Below the pieces are notes generated by a model. The model ran no database searches and was not told where the DNA came from. It worked only from the letters and a program-made list of their open reading frames with translations. Shown here in pieces: positions 27,686 to 40,200 of a stretch of 54,600 nt of DNA (position 1 is its first letter; every line of letters begins with the position of its first letter). Made by a program: the position numbers and the translations under genes. The stretch comes from Catajapyx aquilonaris (taxonomy: Eukaryota): the NCBI GenBank assembly GCA_000934665.2, contig JYFJ02002570.1:1-54600 (forward strand), in the 5' to 3' direction.

Positions 27686-28725
27686 CCCTTTCGGTCCCAG
27701 CTATACCGCCTTCGCCAAGATTTTCGTTTCCGTTACTTACATGTACTCTGAAGATAAAAAAATAAGATATTTTGCAAATAATAACAGCTATACTTACACG
27801 TTCATGGAAAACACAACGTACCGTATATCTTGGAAGCAATTTTCCTTGTCTAGAAGTCCCTAAATTAATTTCCAAAAATATCGCTGTAAATTCCAGCTCC
27901 GAGATTTTCACTTCCACGTTAGGGTCTACTCTGAAGATAGGACAAGGTATTTGACGAATAATAACAGAACGTGTAAGTGTATCTTAAGTTAAAAGTAACT
28001 ATAGTTACTTTTAACTTAGCAATACCATTGCATTGCACTGGTACTGCTAAGTTAAAAGTAACTAGTAGTACGACGAAAATTCCACCCAATATTTTTTTAC
28101 AAAATAATAACAGCTATACTTACATGTTCATTGAAAATGCTACGAATGTGTTTAAAACAATTTTCCTCCTCTAGAAGTTCCTAAATTATTTTCCAAAAAT
28201 TTCGTTGTAAAAAAAACTCGAAATTCGAGAACTGCCGGCCAACTGTTAGGATGATTTAATTATGAAATACATTAAAATATACTGACTATTAACCTTGAGA
28301 ACCTTGCCAGACGAAGTTGCTGAAATCGTCGTACTTCGCGAGGAATAAATGAATTAGGGAGATTTCCCAAAGTAACAGGAAAACCGCAGATAAGAAATAA
28401 TTTGCGGTATTTCTCGCAAAGTACGACGATTTCAGCAACTTTGTCAGGCACTATTCTCAATGTTGTTATTCCGTGTATTTTAACGTATTTCATAATTAAA
28501 TCAGCCGAGTAGTTGGCCGGAAGTACCGGTACTCGGATTTCGAGTTTTACAGCGATATTTTTGGAAATTAATTTAGGGACTTCTAGACGAGGAAAATTGT
28601 TCCAGGCACATTCATAGTGTTTTCCCTGACCGGGTAAGTATATAACTGTTAATATTTGTAAAATATCTTGTCCGTATCTTCAGAGTACTCGTAAGTGGAA
28701 AACTAGGCAGCTGGGGCCGAAGGGG
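27686..28725. mobile_element. Non-autonomous piggyBac-type palindromic element
   Basis: TTAA|CCCTTTCGGTCCCAGCT...AGCTGGGGCCGAAGGGG|TTAA, with long degenerate inverted arms and a partial duplication of the left arm (about 27777-27890 and 28101-28211). Confidence 0.8.
27985..28064. repeat. Small nested hairpin element: 34 bp perfect palindrome overlapping a second stem-loop
   Basis: taagttaaaagtaacta|tagttacttttaactta (27985-28018). 28002-28064 forms a second inverted repeat. Confidence 0.8.
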
Positions 28726-31700
28726 TTAATGTTTGCAACAATTAATTAGTCAGTGTCAACACGAAACTTGCGGGAAGTCTGATATTCGGTGATTAAGGAG
28801 TGAAATGGCGATTTCAGTATGTTATAATTCGAAGCAACAATATATTCAGTTTGAAATTCTGCTTGGCTGGAAGAAGCTGTCGTATATGATCGATCAACTT
28901 GTGCTGTACAAAGATCAGCATAGCCCATCCGGTAGTTGGCCATGCATTTATTTGCTGACTTAGCTGCCCAAGTAATGGAAAGGCCCGGGCTGACAGAAGC
29001 GAAATCTATTTAACACTAGGCGTTTTCTCCTGGGCGTAGAAAAGATGAAGGTGCTGCATGAGCTGTTGTAAGTAGCGTTGCTAGCTAGCGCTTTAGATAA
29101 TTTATGGTCGGTGGTCATCCTCTCGGATGTTATCTAGTCAGAAACGAAATTGAGCCAGCACGAGCTGCCCTCCTCCCCGGGCACGAATCTGGTCCGGGGT
29201 TCGATTCCCTCTCGCCCCGCCTCGCTCGCGCGCACATTACTATGCGCTCTGATTTATGTTCGGTCTGATAAATATTTCTCTTGCCAATATGGATGCTGGA
29301 TGGGGAAGGAAGATGGGAAATAAGAGAAGGGGACGGAGGTGTCGCGTCACGACCCAAGCCGTCCTAAATCACCAACCTCCTTTTGGGCAGGGGTCAGGGT
29401 CCCGGATTCACTTTGGGAGGAGAGGGGAGAGGAAGGGGGAGAAGGGGGCACAAAACAGCCTGCCCTGATGTCTTTTTCATTTTTCTCCCACACATTTGCC
29501 TAACTCAACTCTGTTGCATAGGTACGGGTCGGCAACTCCCGTTTCGGAGACCTCCCTTAAACAATTTATGTCGACTAATTTCCCGTATTGAAAGGCAAAA
29601 TGGTACAAATTGCAAAAACATTCCACTACATTGCATTCGGATATCCTGTTTCATACATAAAAAACTAAGAAGGACAATGCACTGTGTATAGGTATTACGA
29701 CGTACTGCATGTTTGCATTAATTATTCGTTGCATGCTGATACTTGGCCTCCACAGATTAAACTTGTGTAGAGAACAGAAAAAAACCACTGGCATATAAGC
29801 TATTTTAACGTATAATATAGCTTAACATATACTGTACAGTTTGGTATCTGGAAAGATATAAACTGGGTAAACTATAAAATGCTTTGTCAGTAATATTTTG
29901 TGGTGCATGAGAGAGCCACATCCCTGTCCATTGTGGACTCCAAAGAAAATTAATGATAGAAACCACACGGTTGGGCAAAAGGGTGGGAATATAGGTGTGA
30001 AATGGGTGGTTGTGTGGATGAAGGGTGGGAGGGAGGAATGTAAAAAAAAAAAGAAGTGAAATAATTGCAGAGAAGGCTGTTGGCCTGTTCGTCGTATACT
30101 TAGTTTGCGAGTTCTCCTTGAAAACTGGAAATGGTATAGTTTGGGAATAGAATGAGATTTGAGGGGAGGGAGGGAAGAGAAACGAGCCAAAAAACAGTGC
30201 ATTAAGAAACGCGATTAGATTTTTATGGCGCAATGTCTTTATCTACATGGTCTTGAGTTGCTTGGAATAAAGTCCGGGAAGGCGCTGCCAAAGCATTAGG
30301 ATGCCGCGAAAGGAAATGATGCGGCCTTTCCAGGTTGTAAACCGGCGCCATTTGCCCCTTACCCCATCTCCGTCCGCCCCCCTTCAAGTACTTAAGATAC
30401 TATCGAGAGCTTCAGAAGGAGGAGCGGGAAGATTCTATCGCCGTTTCCTCCGCGCAGATTTGCACACCATAGGTGGTCTATTGGAACTCGCCGAGTGATG
30501 TTTACACTGTCTTCGAATTGATCTTGAGCACCTTGTTTTTGTTCTAGTCGGACATATAGAATACGAACTGACCTGTCCACACGTGACTCAGGCTGTATGA
30601 TGTGGTCGTGACTGAGCCATATACCAAAGGCATGTGAAAATAATGGGCAGAATTCTGGAATTCTCGGGGAATAAGTGATTGGAAACTCGACTCGACAAAG
30701 GTTTTACGAGCGTACCAGTCAATTTTTCATTATGGCACAATTGTGCGATTTCAAAAATTACCGCTCCTATTTAAGTATAGCGAAGTACAATCGTTCCGCA
30801 GACATGGGCCATTGAGCATTTATGCATTGATTAATTTCTGAAAAACCCACTAATTCCCTGCATTGTTTTGTAGAATAGGTTACCGTGATTGGCTCCAGCC
30901 TATCAATTAGAATGAAATAGTTTACCATCTAACTTAAGGAAGCCACCCATATGTTTTTGTGTTAGAGAAAAGCAACATTGTATGTGCTGATAAGTACCGG
31001 TTATGTCCCGTTCTGCGGGAATCACCGACCAATGCTGACACTTAGGGAGTACTTGGGGCCATGCATCAGGAATGGCAAATTGAAGTGAGCGCAGGATAAC
31101 GCAACTGCAAAAGACGATGTAGATGAGTGTAATCTCCGTATAGTTCCACCGTCCCCCGTGATTTTCAGTTTCAATTAAGCGCAAGGGTGAAAGGGGTAGG
31201 CGTGGATCTTTGGGATGTTCCTGCCAAAAAGATCGTGCGTCCCAAAGCGGGCCCCGGTGTCCGCCCTTAGGCGACCTAATCACCGTAATCAAGGCCCCTG
31301 GCGTCTCGCCATCTTTGGGCGGGAAAGGGAGACTACGTCACGCCAACCCAAACTGCGCACAACACATGCGCACCCTGCCCATTCCAGGTCATTACCGTTC
31401 CCACATGAAATGACCTCCATTTCATAAGGCTCAGCGTAACCAGTGAAATATGTACCCTGCACTCGGCCATATATTGATTCTAGGGTCGCCTGGAACAGCC
31501 GGTTTCCAGCCCCTTGTCTCTTGAGGAAGGTCAGTTGTCCTTGACCCAGGACACGTCCTGCACCCTTGTTTTTTTATTGTTGCCAAAACTTGTGAGTTTC
31601 CCCGCTTGACCGGCTGACTGGGTTGGTACCCAAAGGTGGGGTAGGAAAATGCTAATAACAAGGTATTACCAACTGGCCTAGCAATGGTATCCAAATTGCG

Positions 31701-32720
31701 AAACGTGAACGGGATTACAATAATTTTGGAAGGGGCCAGCACGAACTTCGACCCTTCCGTCAATTTCATAAGCAAATATTCAAATTGAATACAGTATTTG
31801 TTGCAACCAAAACAGCATCGAGTTAGGAGGGACAGGTTTTATAAAAATGGAATGGTTGGGAGCTTGGGACTCTGGAATTTGTTTTACTATTTTAACTGTT
31901 AGACCTAGATTTGCGTGAATTGCCTGCGGCCTGAAGAATATAGCCATAGTTTATTAACTATAAGTACAATGTCATTGCATTCCTTTTTGAATTAGCATGC
32001 AAGATTGTTTTGCGTACCATTCGTACAGGTTAGGTGACATGTAATGATGACCCGTGAGAAAAACAGGCACGACTGAAGGTGTAGTTAGGCCCCGTTTGAG
32101 GGCAGACAATCAGGTAGTGCAGGTGACCTCTGACCCTCCCCTATCCCTCAACCGGGATTTCCCAGTATGCGACTCGGAGCAAGCAGTAGGTGCGGGAAGT
32201 TGTAGCGTTTGGTAGTTATCCCGTCAAAAGAAGCAAGAGGGTCGAGTAGGTAAAGTTTAGCCCAATTTTCGGCGGCTTTCCCCCGGCACGAAAGAGGCCT
32301 CTTGATGGATGGAAGGCGTGAATGAAGGGGGCCTAGACTCCGTTAGATTACACACTTGCAGCTATTGTCCTCCCAAGTCTTCCTCCTTAAGCAGCCACCG
32401 GGACTGACCACCACCATTCCATATACGACGGCCAAGAGACGATTAATTCCCGCCAATCAACGCTCACAATATGCTTTCGCCTATCCGATGCATCGCTACT
32501 CTCAGAATAACTACAGCTTTTCACTTACTATTTATATCCTGGAAAGTCAGACATCAAAGATTTATTTTGGTCCTAATAATACTCTGAGAAAGTCTAGACC
32601 TAGCCACGTAGGTTGCTGATTGCTACTCGGCCATTCCAGTCTACTTTTTGCCTATTTATTAAGCATTCATCTGTGACACATGACCAATTGATCAAGTACG
32701 ACTGAAATACAACAAACGCG

Positions 32721-32722
<2 letters not shown>

Positions 32723-32783
<61 letters not shown>
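32723..32783. repeat. (ATT)n microsatellite
   Basis: Direct reading. Confidence 0.95.
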
Positions 32784-32785
<2 letters not shown>

Positions 32786-34254
32786 TGCATTTCAGATTTG
32801 TGAAAATATTCTTCAAAATTTTGGGACTGGTTCACCTCTTTTATAGTCGGTTTAGCGTCGTTGTCTGAATATTGAGTTGACCTCAAGAATGCATGATGCG
32901 GCTAACTTGGAGCATTTATTCGAGTCCTCACAACGAATATCTTGGGCGGGGAAGTACTCATTTTCTAGTGGGCTGCTTCACCTTGAATGAAGGCCGCCAC
33001 TTCCTGATGTCGACTATTAATGTTTTTAACCGTGGAAAAAAGTAAGGTGGGCTCCCAGTCCTTGACCTTTCGTGGGCATCTGCAAAGGAGTCAGATGCTG
33101 GAGCCAGGAATTTGAGCAGATCCTGTTTCGTCAGAGCCCCCAGAGAGGACAAAAAGGGAGGATGGGGATCTGTGACATCTGATATATGATTTGAATTCAT
33201 ACTTTGACACCTTGATTATACCCACACGGCCCTAAAGTAAGTAAAATAAATGTACTCGAATACTCGAATTCTGATAATAGAGTAGAATGATTGGGTCACG
33301 CTCGGGCAGCCCCAGTTCGCAGTTTTACACTTGAGTTTAATTGTTAGTAGGATTCGAAGAGAATTACGGCTGTTCTTCGGGAGCCAAACCACGCCCCTCC
33401 CACTTTTGCAATTGCCCCATTTTTCTCTCCCAGCAACCACTTTTTTTCTCCTTATCCTCCTCGTTTACCTTTCCCTTCTTTTTTTCCTTCCAAACTCCAC
33501 CTTTCCCTTTTTGCATTCCCTCTCAACCCTTGGAACCTCTTCTGCCCGATTCTCACACGGTCCATTTGACAATGCGAATTCAATCATTTTGATTCACAGA
33601 CACTTCCGGTTTTAGCTGGCGGTACCGGTATGTAAAATTACATGTGACAGTTTCGTTGAACTAACCTTGCTCCCTGCAATTTCAGGGATTTTTTTTTTCT
33701 CAACTGATCAACTATAGTATGGAAAGCTTTTTAACATGTGAGCTACCCGGTATTTTTTATACCGTACCTACTTTTTTCCTCTCTCTACTACAATATTATA
33801 GAAACCGGACTTTTAGGTCCTACACATTCTGGAAAAAGTAATAAGCCCACATTATTATGCACTAGAAATTGTTATAACACCCGAGTCGGTAATTATTGTG
33901 TGATAGCTAATTGTGTTGTAAGCTAATAATACGTGACACAAGATTCACACAATGTCATCACTGTCATGACTATGTTTTGGGCAAATTTTTATTAACGTGA
34001 AAAAATAGAGGTTGCTCTTTTTTGCACGAATTGTCTTGGAGTAATGAAACGGATTGATATAGTGTATTATAATAATAATCCGGGTAGTGCTTAGACCCCT
34101 TTTGGGGGTATTGCAAGGACCTTTATTATTTACTTGTACAAATTGTACACAGCCTGGAATCTTTAGCGAATCGCCCTGGCCCACGAGCAGGGATGATGGG
34201 AGGGGATGTGCAAAGTGCAAGTGCAATGTTTATAACGGTACATTTTGTAAACTC

Positions 34255-34408
34255 CCCGGGTGGTTAGTCTCAAGGAATCCCACCCGAGACGAAGCCAGAG
34301 ACGACCCAACTCTGCACGAGATGAAGGGGGAAAGCCCGGGTTTGGGATCGAACCCGGGGCCTTGCATCTGTGGGCGCATATGTTACCGCAGCGCCACTCC
34401 GCCTTCCC
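34255..34408 (-). mobile_element. tRNA-derived SINE
   Basis: Minus strand has an A-box-like TGGCGCTGCGG and a B-box GGTTCGATCCC about 30 nt apart, then non-tRNA sequence. No clean cloverleaf; 3' end uncertain. Confidence 0.6.
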
Positions 34409-35281
34409 TAATATAGTGTCATTGATTTAATCATCGTAACTACAAAGGAACAAGGAAGGGTTTTGCCTGAAGATCCGGTCTCTAGTCGTGAATTATGGAA
34501 CGAGTTGGTTATGCAGTGAAATACCCTGTACGTACTGTACCTACATCATATCATTAGTAGAGTCCGGAATTTTAGGCACGAAAAAACCGCAAATATATAG
34601 GTACAAAAACTTTACTTTTGCAGGCGTATGGACGATAATGTTACAGAAAATAAAAACGCTAGACAAAATTTATAGGCCTAAACCAGAGCAAACACCGAAT
34701 AACGACGATAAACTGACAGGCAATCACAAAACTTGGGCAAAAGACACAAAGTGCAAGCAAGTATCATTTGCTCTGGACTGTACCGCTTACAGTCGTTTCC
34801 ACTTGCACGGTATGTTACCAAATATTTTTCTAGATTTTCCTGTAATTGGAACCGCCTTCCTGCCCATACACGTCACGGTAACATAATTCCTGGACGATTT
34901 TGGTCTTTTCAGGAGCACAAAAAATACTCTGCAAAAAACCCAAACATGCCTCCGCTGAAGGAATAGGTCCGGAATAGGCCAAAAAAGTCCCAAAATTGCT
35001 TCAAAAAGTTCACAAACTATCCCAAAAAAGGCCAAATAGTTCCCAAAACCACGAAATAGGTAATTTTAGGCACTATAAACCTATACTTACAGGGGGGAGA
35101 AGCTAGGAATTATTGTTCAAGTAGTTTGAAATGGATCAACAATCACAGCATATGAATGTAGCACGGTTGTTGCATCTCTCTGAACTGGCTGCTGGAGTGC
35201 ACAATCCATTCTTCCCCTACCTCCTATTGAATTAATGATGCCCATATCGGAATGTTCTCTTATAGTCCATGTATTGGTGAT

Positions 35282-35387
35282 TACTCGTGAGCATTTTCCA
35301 TAATGAAGCATTACTCGCGATTACATGACAATGTGATCGGAAAAATGATGACTGTTAACAGCATTGAACCCCACGCTATGAAGCGAG
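35282..35387. repeat. 106 bp inverted copy of 36839-36944, lacking TIRs
   Basis: Reads as the exact reverse complement of the MITE interior at 36839-36944. Confidence 0.9.
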
Positions 35388-36690
35388 CCCCGTGTTTTTA
35401 AAGTATGCCCATTCACATGTGATCCATCATTGACAGTCACGAAGGACCAAAACGAACTTGTATACTCAACCTGATAGACAAAATCGAGGTTACATTAGTG
35501 CAACGAGCAGCAGGTCCGCAAATTGACGCCAAGTGAATGGTCAAGTAATCTTCATTAGGAGGCATCGGATGGACCACTTGATCGGGGCATGTAGGCGCCT
35601 CCTACAAGTGCTAATTGTTTTCTCGTGAGCTTCGTGCCTCAGGTTCACGTGTGTTATCGGTTTTCCTCCTAATAACTGGTTATCTTGCGCAGGTATAATA
35701 ACTCGTCAGATTTTTTGTTGTTGTTGTCTTCCAAATCCCCTCCAGTGAAACGCGAGAGAGGTCAAGAGCGGCTAATAAAACCCGGCTTGGAATGCTTCCT
35801 AGAAAGAACAGAATATGAATGTGGAATTGCCCCTGGTGGATACCAAGGTGTCACCAGGTGATGAGTGAACTCTGCAGGACACGCCTTCAAACCTGGTCCT
35901 CTTTTGTCGTCCAGATTGAGGGACCGGGGAGAGAGAAAGAGAAAGAAGTAGTGTCTAGAGAGCATGCAATCCGGTTCTGGACTCCTTTTTCTATACTCTT
36001 AGCCGCTGAGTTTAGGCAGCAGCAGGAGACCGACTAATTAAACATACAGCATGGCATTCTTTTGGAGAGTTATATATGACGTCTGTTGAATAATAGAGAA
36101 AGGGTTGATGAGTTTTTCTAGAAATGTGGTGTGGTAGATGTCGCCTAATTTGGCATTTTAAGCGGGCGCCCTTGCCACTGTGGGACTATTATAAGAACCA
36201 GGGCCACGGTATTCTTTTTGTCAAAAATAGTTTTAAGAAGTTACTGTCATTTATTAAACGAATTAAGTGATTAATGAGGGGGTTGGTCACTTAGAGGTAA
36301 ACGTTAAATGATCCGGTGTTATCCATAAAGAGTACTTGCATTTCCTCTGGAGAAATCATTTCTTGATATGTTAAGATATGTTCCCCCTAGTCCCTAGGGT
36401 ATATCAGGCATCATGTAACAGGGTTACTGCACACATGGCCACCGAGTGCAAATTACATGAGTGGTAAACTCAATCATGTCAGCTTAGCCTTATTTCGCTT
36501 GACAGTCTTTTAATTATACCGAGCTTTTACAAAGGTATGCAGCATTGGGAAGTAAATCTTCGGGACTCGTCAGATTTTTTTTTTTTAGCAGGGGCCATCC
36601 ATCAAGCATGTCACACTGATTTTCGACTTTTAATTCTCCCTCCATTTCCATATCAAACAGTTGCGCTTCTGGGACTCCCCACTTTGTATG

Positions 36691-36743
36691 AGAAAATATA
36701 CATGATAAAACAAACATTGTTTGTTTTATCATGTATATTTTCT
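36691..36743. repeat. Perfect palindrome, 26 bp arms with 1 nt spacer
   Basis: agaaaatatacatgataaaacaaaca-t-tgtttgttttatcatgtatattttct. Confidence 0.95.
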
Positions 36744-36827
36744 GGCCCGTATTTACATACTCTACAAAGCTTACGATGCGCGATGGTAGGAAACCGTGGC
36801 TGGAATCCGGCCCTCTGATTGTGCATA

Positions 36828-36953
36828 TCATGCTAATACTCGCTTCATAGCGTGGGGTTCAATGCTGTTAACAGTCATCATTTTTCCGATCACATTGTCA
36901 TGTAATCGCGAGTAATGCTTCATTATGGAAAATGCTCACGAGTATTAGCATGA
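36828..36953. mobile_element. MITE of about 126 bp with TA flanks
   Basis: TA|TCATGCTAATACTCG...CGAGTATTAGCATGA|TA, perfect 15 bp TIR. Confidence 0.7.
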
Positions 36954-39900
36954 TATATATCATTAGTTCATATGTTGGGTTAGCTTGCATCTCCCTTCAT
37001 CGCTGACTACCCCTCATAGGGAAATGTCGTGATGTTGTTGTTGTTGTTGTTGTTATGCTAATACAAGTAAATCATAATGAGAACGCGTGATAAGGTGGGC
37101 TCGAGACTCTAGAGCATATTTACAAGCTTTGACTAAACTTACCACTAAATGTTCAAGTAGGCTGCCATTTTTACTAGTTGATAACTATTTTAGGATGACG
37201 TCATAGTCCCCTACACCCCCCCCACGTCGCTGTCCTTTATCAATTCAATCCCATATCCCCATCACAAGTCATATGAAGTCAAACATAGTAAACTAGAAAA
37301 TCTCTTAGCTTTAAAACAAGTGTCCATGTGTGTAAATGAGATAAGGATCGGTACATAACCCGCTTGAGTGCATTGGGCGTAGGTACTCGAACCAAACTTC
37401 TGTTGGAGGAGCTCTACTTTGTAGTCGGAGGATATGACCGGTGAGTAGGATCCTGTATGAGCGAGTGGTTCTCCTTGGGAGGATGTCTGGCTGCGCCTGC
37501 ATGTGCCAGATGAGACGAGTCGTCTACGTAAATCACAGAGGCCCCCAAGAAAAGTGCTGCGCGTGGCTTGAAAATCCCTGGAAGCACGTCCTCATCCGTC
37601 AGGTGCGACTTCGTCAACTTGTCAAGCGGCCCCATTTGTATTTCATCCGGCCAGTTGGACTTGTCGGCAGCGGTCACGTTATGGGAGCGACTTGTCCTGC
37701 AGCCAGGGAGGCGTGTCCGCACCGTTTTTAAAACCTCACTAACTCTTTGACCAGGAGTACTCAAGCTCGACTTTTTCTTCAGGGTTTGGCTAGGGATGAC
37801 AGTATAGGACATGTATTGACAGGACTCTTACGCCGAAATTCACGTGGATTGAGAGGGAGTCTCACTCATGGCCTCAGATGTGTGGCCATGCAGTAGGGTG
37901 GGTCTAGCACTGTTGACATTAGTACGTTCACCTGTATTGGGGTTCCAATGTTCCTGCCTAGGCGGTCTGGAGCACCTACGAGGGGAGGTGTCAAACACAT
38001 AACGCATGAGAGTAGTGAAAATGGCAGGATTATCCTCAGCATCCAGGTTGAAGTGACCAGTGCGGCCAGTGCTCGAGCCTGGTCGAGGCTGGCTGTCACA
38101 CACACACACCCAGAGTCCCCCCACCATTTCTCCGGCGAGGTTAAAGCTGCTCATCCCGAGCTCCTCCTTGCATCCGGGAGGAGCGTCCTTCGCCCACCCG
38201 ACCCCACCCGACCCCACCCTACCCCACCTGCTCTTCCTTCTCGGGTTTTCATCAACCTGCCACAGGGTTGCCAAGTGGGGTTCCTGGGAAAGCCCGCGGA
38301 GGCCTTCTCACAAGCCCCTTCGGAGGAATTTCCATGGCCCCAAGGCGTAACTCGGCTCCACCTANCCCCCCCCCCCCTTCTCTTCTCTCTCTTGCCTCGT
38401 CCTGCCGCCTCTTATCTTAATTGCCAGCTGTATCCTCTTGTGAGTGACGCAAGATGCTGTCGGTATTGTTCCTCCGGCAATCGGCAGATGCGACTTGGGT
38501 CACACAATGGACTGATTAATTCGGGATCGGTCGACTTTCACTACTTCGAGTCTCGATGGGGTCATGTCCTTATTGAGGCATAATCACATTCCGGTTCGGC
38601 ACACATTTTTGGGGGCCTACCGACACTACGGCGCGGCGGTCCACGGAATATTCTGCGGCAACAATGAGGCCTGTCCTTTTGGGACTTGCAGGAAGTTTTG
38701 GCGGCTTAGTATCCAGTATTCTCAAAAATCGGTGGGCCAATATGGCGCAGGTAGTTGATTGTGGGTGGGGTTTGACTATGCAGCCGGGTCAGGTGGGATG
38801 AGCAAGGTGTGGGCAGGGCGGGAATGGGTCCTGCTCAAGTGAGGAATTTCAGGTGAGAGCCAAAGAAGAAAGGGGAGGCCTTGTCATGTGCGCCTACGTG
38901 ATGCTTCGGTCGTGAAGGTGGCTCAGGTGAGGGTGGGTCCACCCATAAGGTAAAAAAAATGAGCATCGGGAGAGGGGTAAGGGGGGGGGGGTGGGCGTGG
39001 CATTGACCACGAAATTCGTAATTACCACCTCGCAAGCACCGAACATCCACTGATTATTATCCTTTATTCCCCCCCTCCCCGCTGGACCCGTAATGAAGGG
39101 ACTGTCATCTTCCAATACATTCGCACGTGCTTACACACATGCACATATAGCACTTGGCGCCCCTCAACACATCACGCTTTCCACATTAGAGCCCAGTGGT
39201 TCCAACCCTGTAATCTGTGATGGCTGATATCAAATCGGATGGGAGGGTTGCAATCACCTGTCCTGCCCTTAATAAGTTGGCAGGGGGGTACAGGGAGAGG
39301 TCAGTTCACCTCCTCCCCCACACACGCCAAATCACTGCCGGGGAAAGTTCTGGACACCCCCAAATTACTTCAGGAAATTGCTTCCGCCATGGTGGGGACC
39401 ATCAGTTGCACCGTCATTCTGAATTTCAGGATCCCCGCTTTTTTGTCACGTGTTATGGACCACATTTGCCAGCTGGCAAGCATAAATAAATGGCATACTA
39501 ATGTGAAGGTTTAAATGCGGGACCCAAGGATAATCCGCTTTTACTGCCTCTTTTGACATTCCGGTGGTATGAATTATCAACGTCCAAATTTCTTTCTGGG
39601 AGTGGATTTGCACGTTCGTGTCAAATGCGAGTGCGTTAAGTTGGAAATGATCATAGAATGCCTCATTAACGTGTATTGTCATAATTTTTCTAACCCTTCG
39701 AGAGAGAAAACATCACGGCATGCCTCTAAAACAGAGGTAGAATATAGTTCTCACCGATGTTGGCGACACCCCCGAAAATAAGACGAACATACCTAGTAAA
39801 TATGCTACTTTCAATGACCAAAGGCCAATTCTCCAAAAAAATTATTGCTGATATCATTAATATTCCCTTACAACACAGTTGTTTTATAATCAAGGAAATG

Positions 39901-40137
39901 TAGTGTCACGTAAATTATTTAGGTCCACACCTATCTGAACAAGATGGTCAATCGAGCCATAGTAATCGCAATGTGTTACGGATTCTTCGGGGATGTTGGA
40001 TCCACCCGACGTGGTGTGGATGGATGTTCGAATAGCCTGGCTGGATGTTCTCTTGGGGGTCTTGATCCCGGAAAGGCCTGTTTTCATAGCTGCCCTGCCC
40101 TCTGGACGTGGCAGTGGAGGTGGTTCAGGGTGACCTC

Positions 40138-40142
<5 letters not shown>

Positions 40143-40190
<48 letters not shown>

Positions 40191-40200
40191 TCTCTCCCTC
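40143..40200. repeat. (CT)n microsatellite
   Basis: Direct reading. Confidence 0.95.

Noticed and set aside
29190..29215. B-box GGTTCGATTCCC as a tRNA gene (similar fragment at about 27020-27046)
   Set aside because: No A-box at suitable spacing and no cloverleaf; at most a SINE remnant.
34300..34408. Functional tRNA gene
   Set aside because: A and B boxes are present but acceptor and anticodon stems are not convincing; called a SINE instead.
34084..35074. Possible large element bounded by tagtgcttag / ttaggcacta
   Set aside because: The inverted match is short and imperfect and no TSD is visible.
37948..38583. Longest ORF in the track (211 aa)
   Set aside because: It crosses an N in a poly-C run, is rich in low-complexity Pro/Thr/His from C-runs, and shows no domain or usable splice sites.
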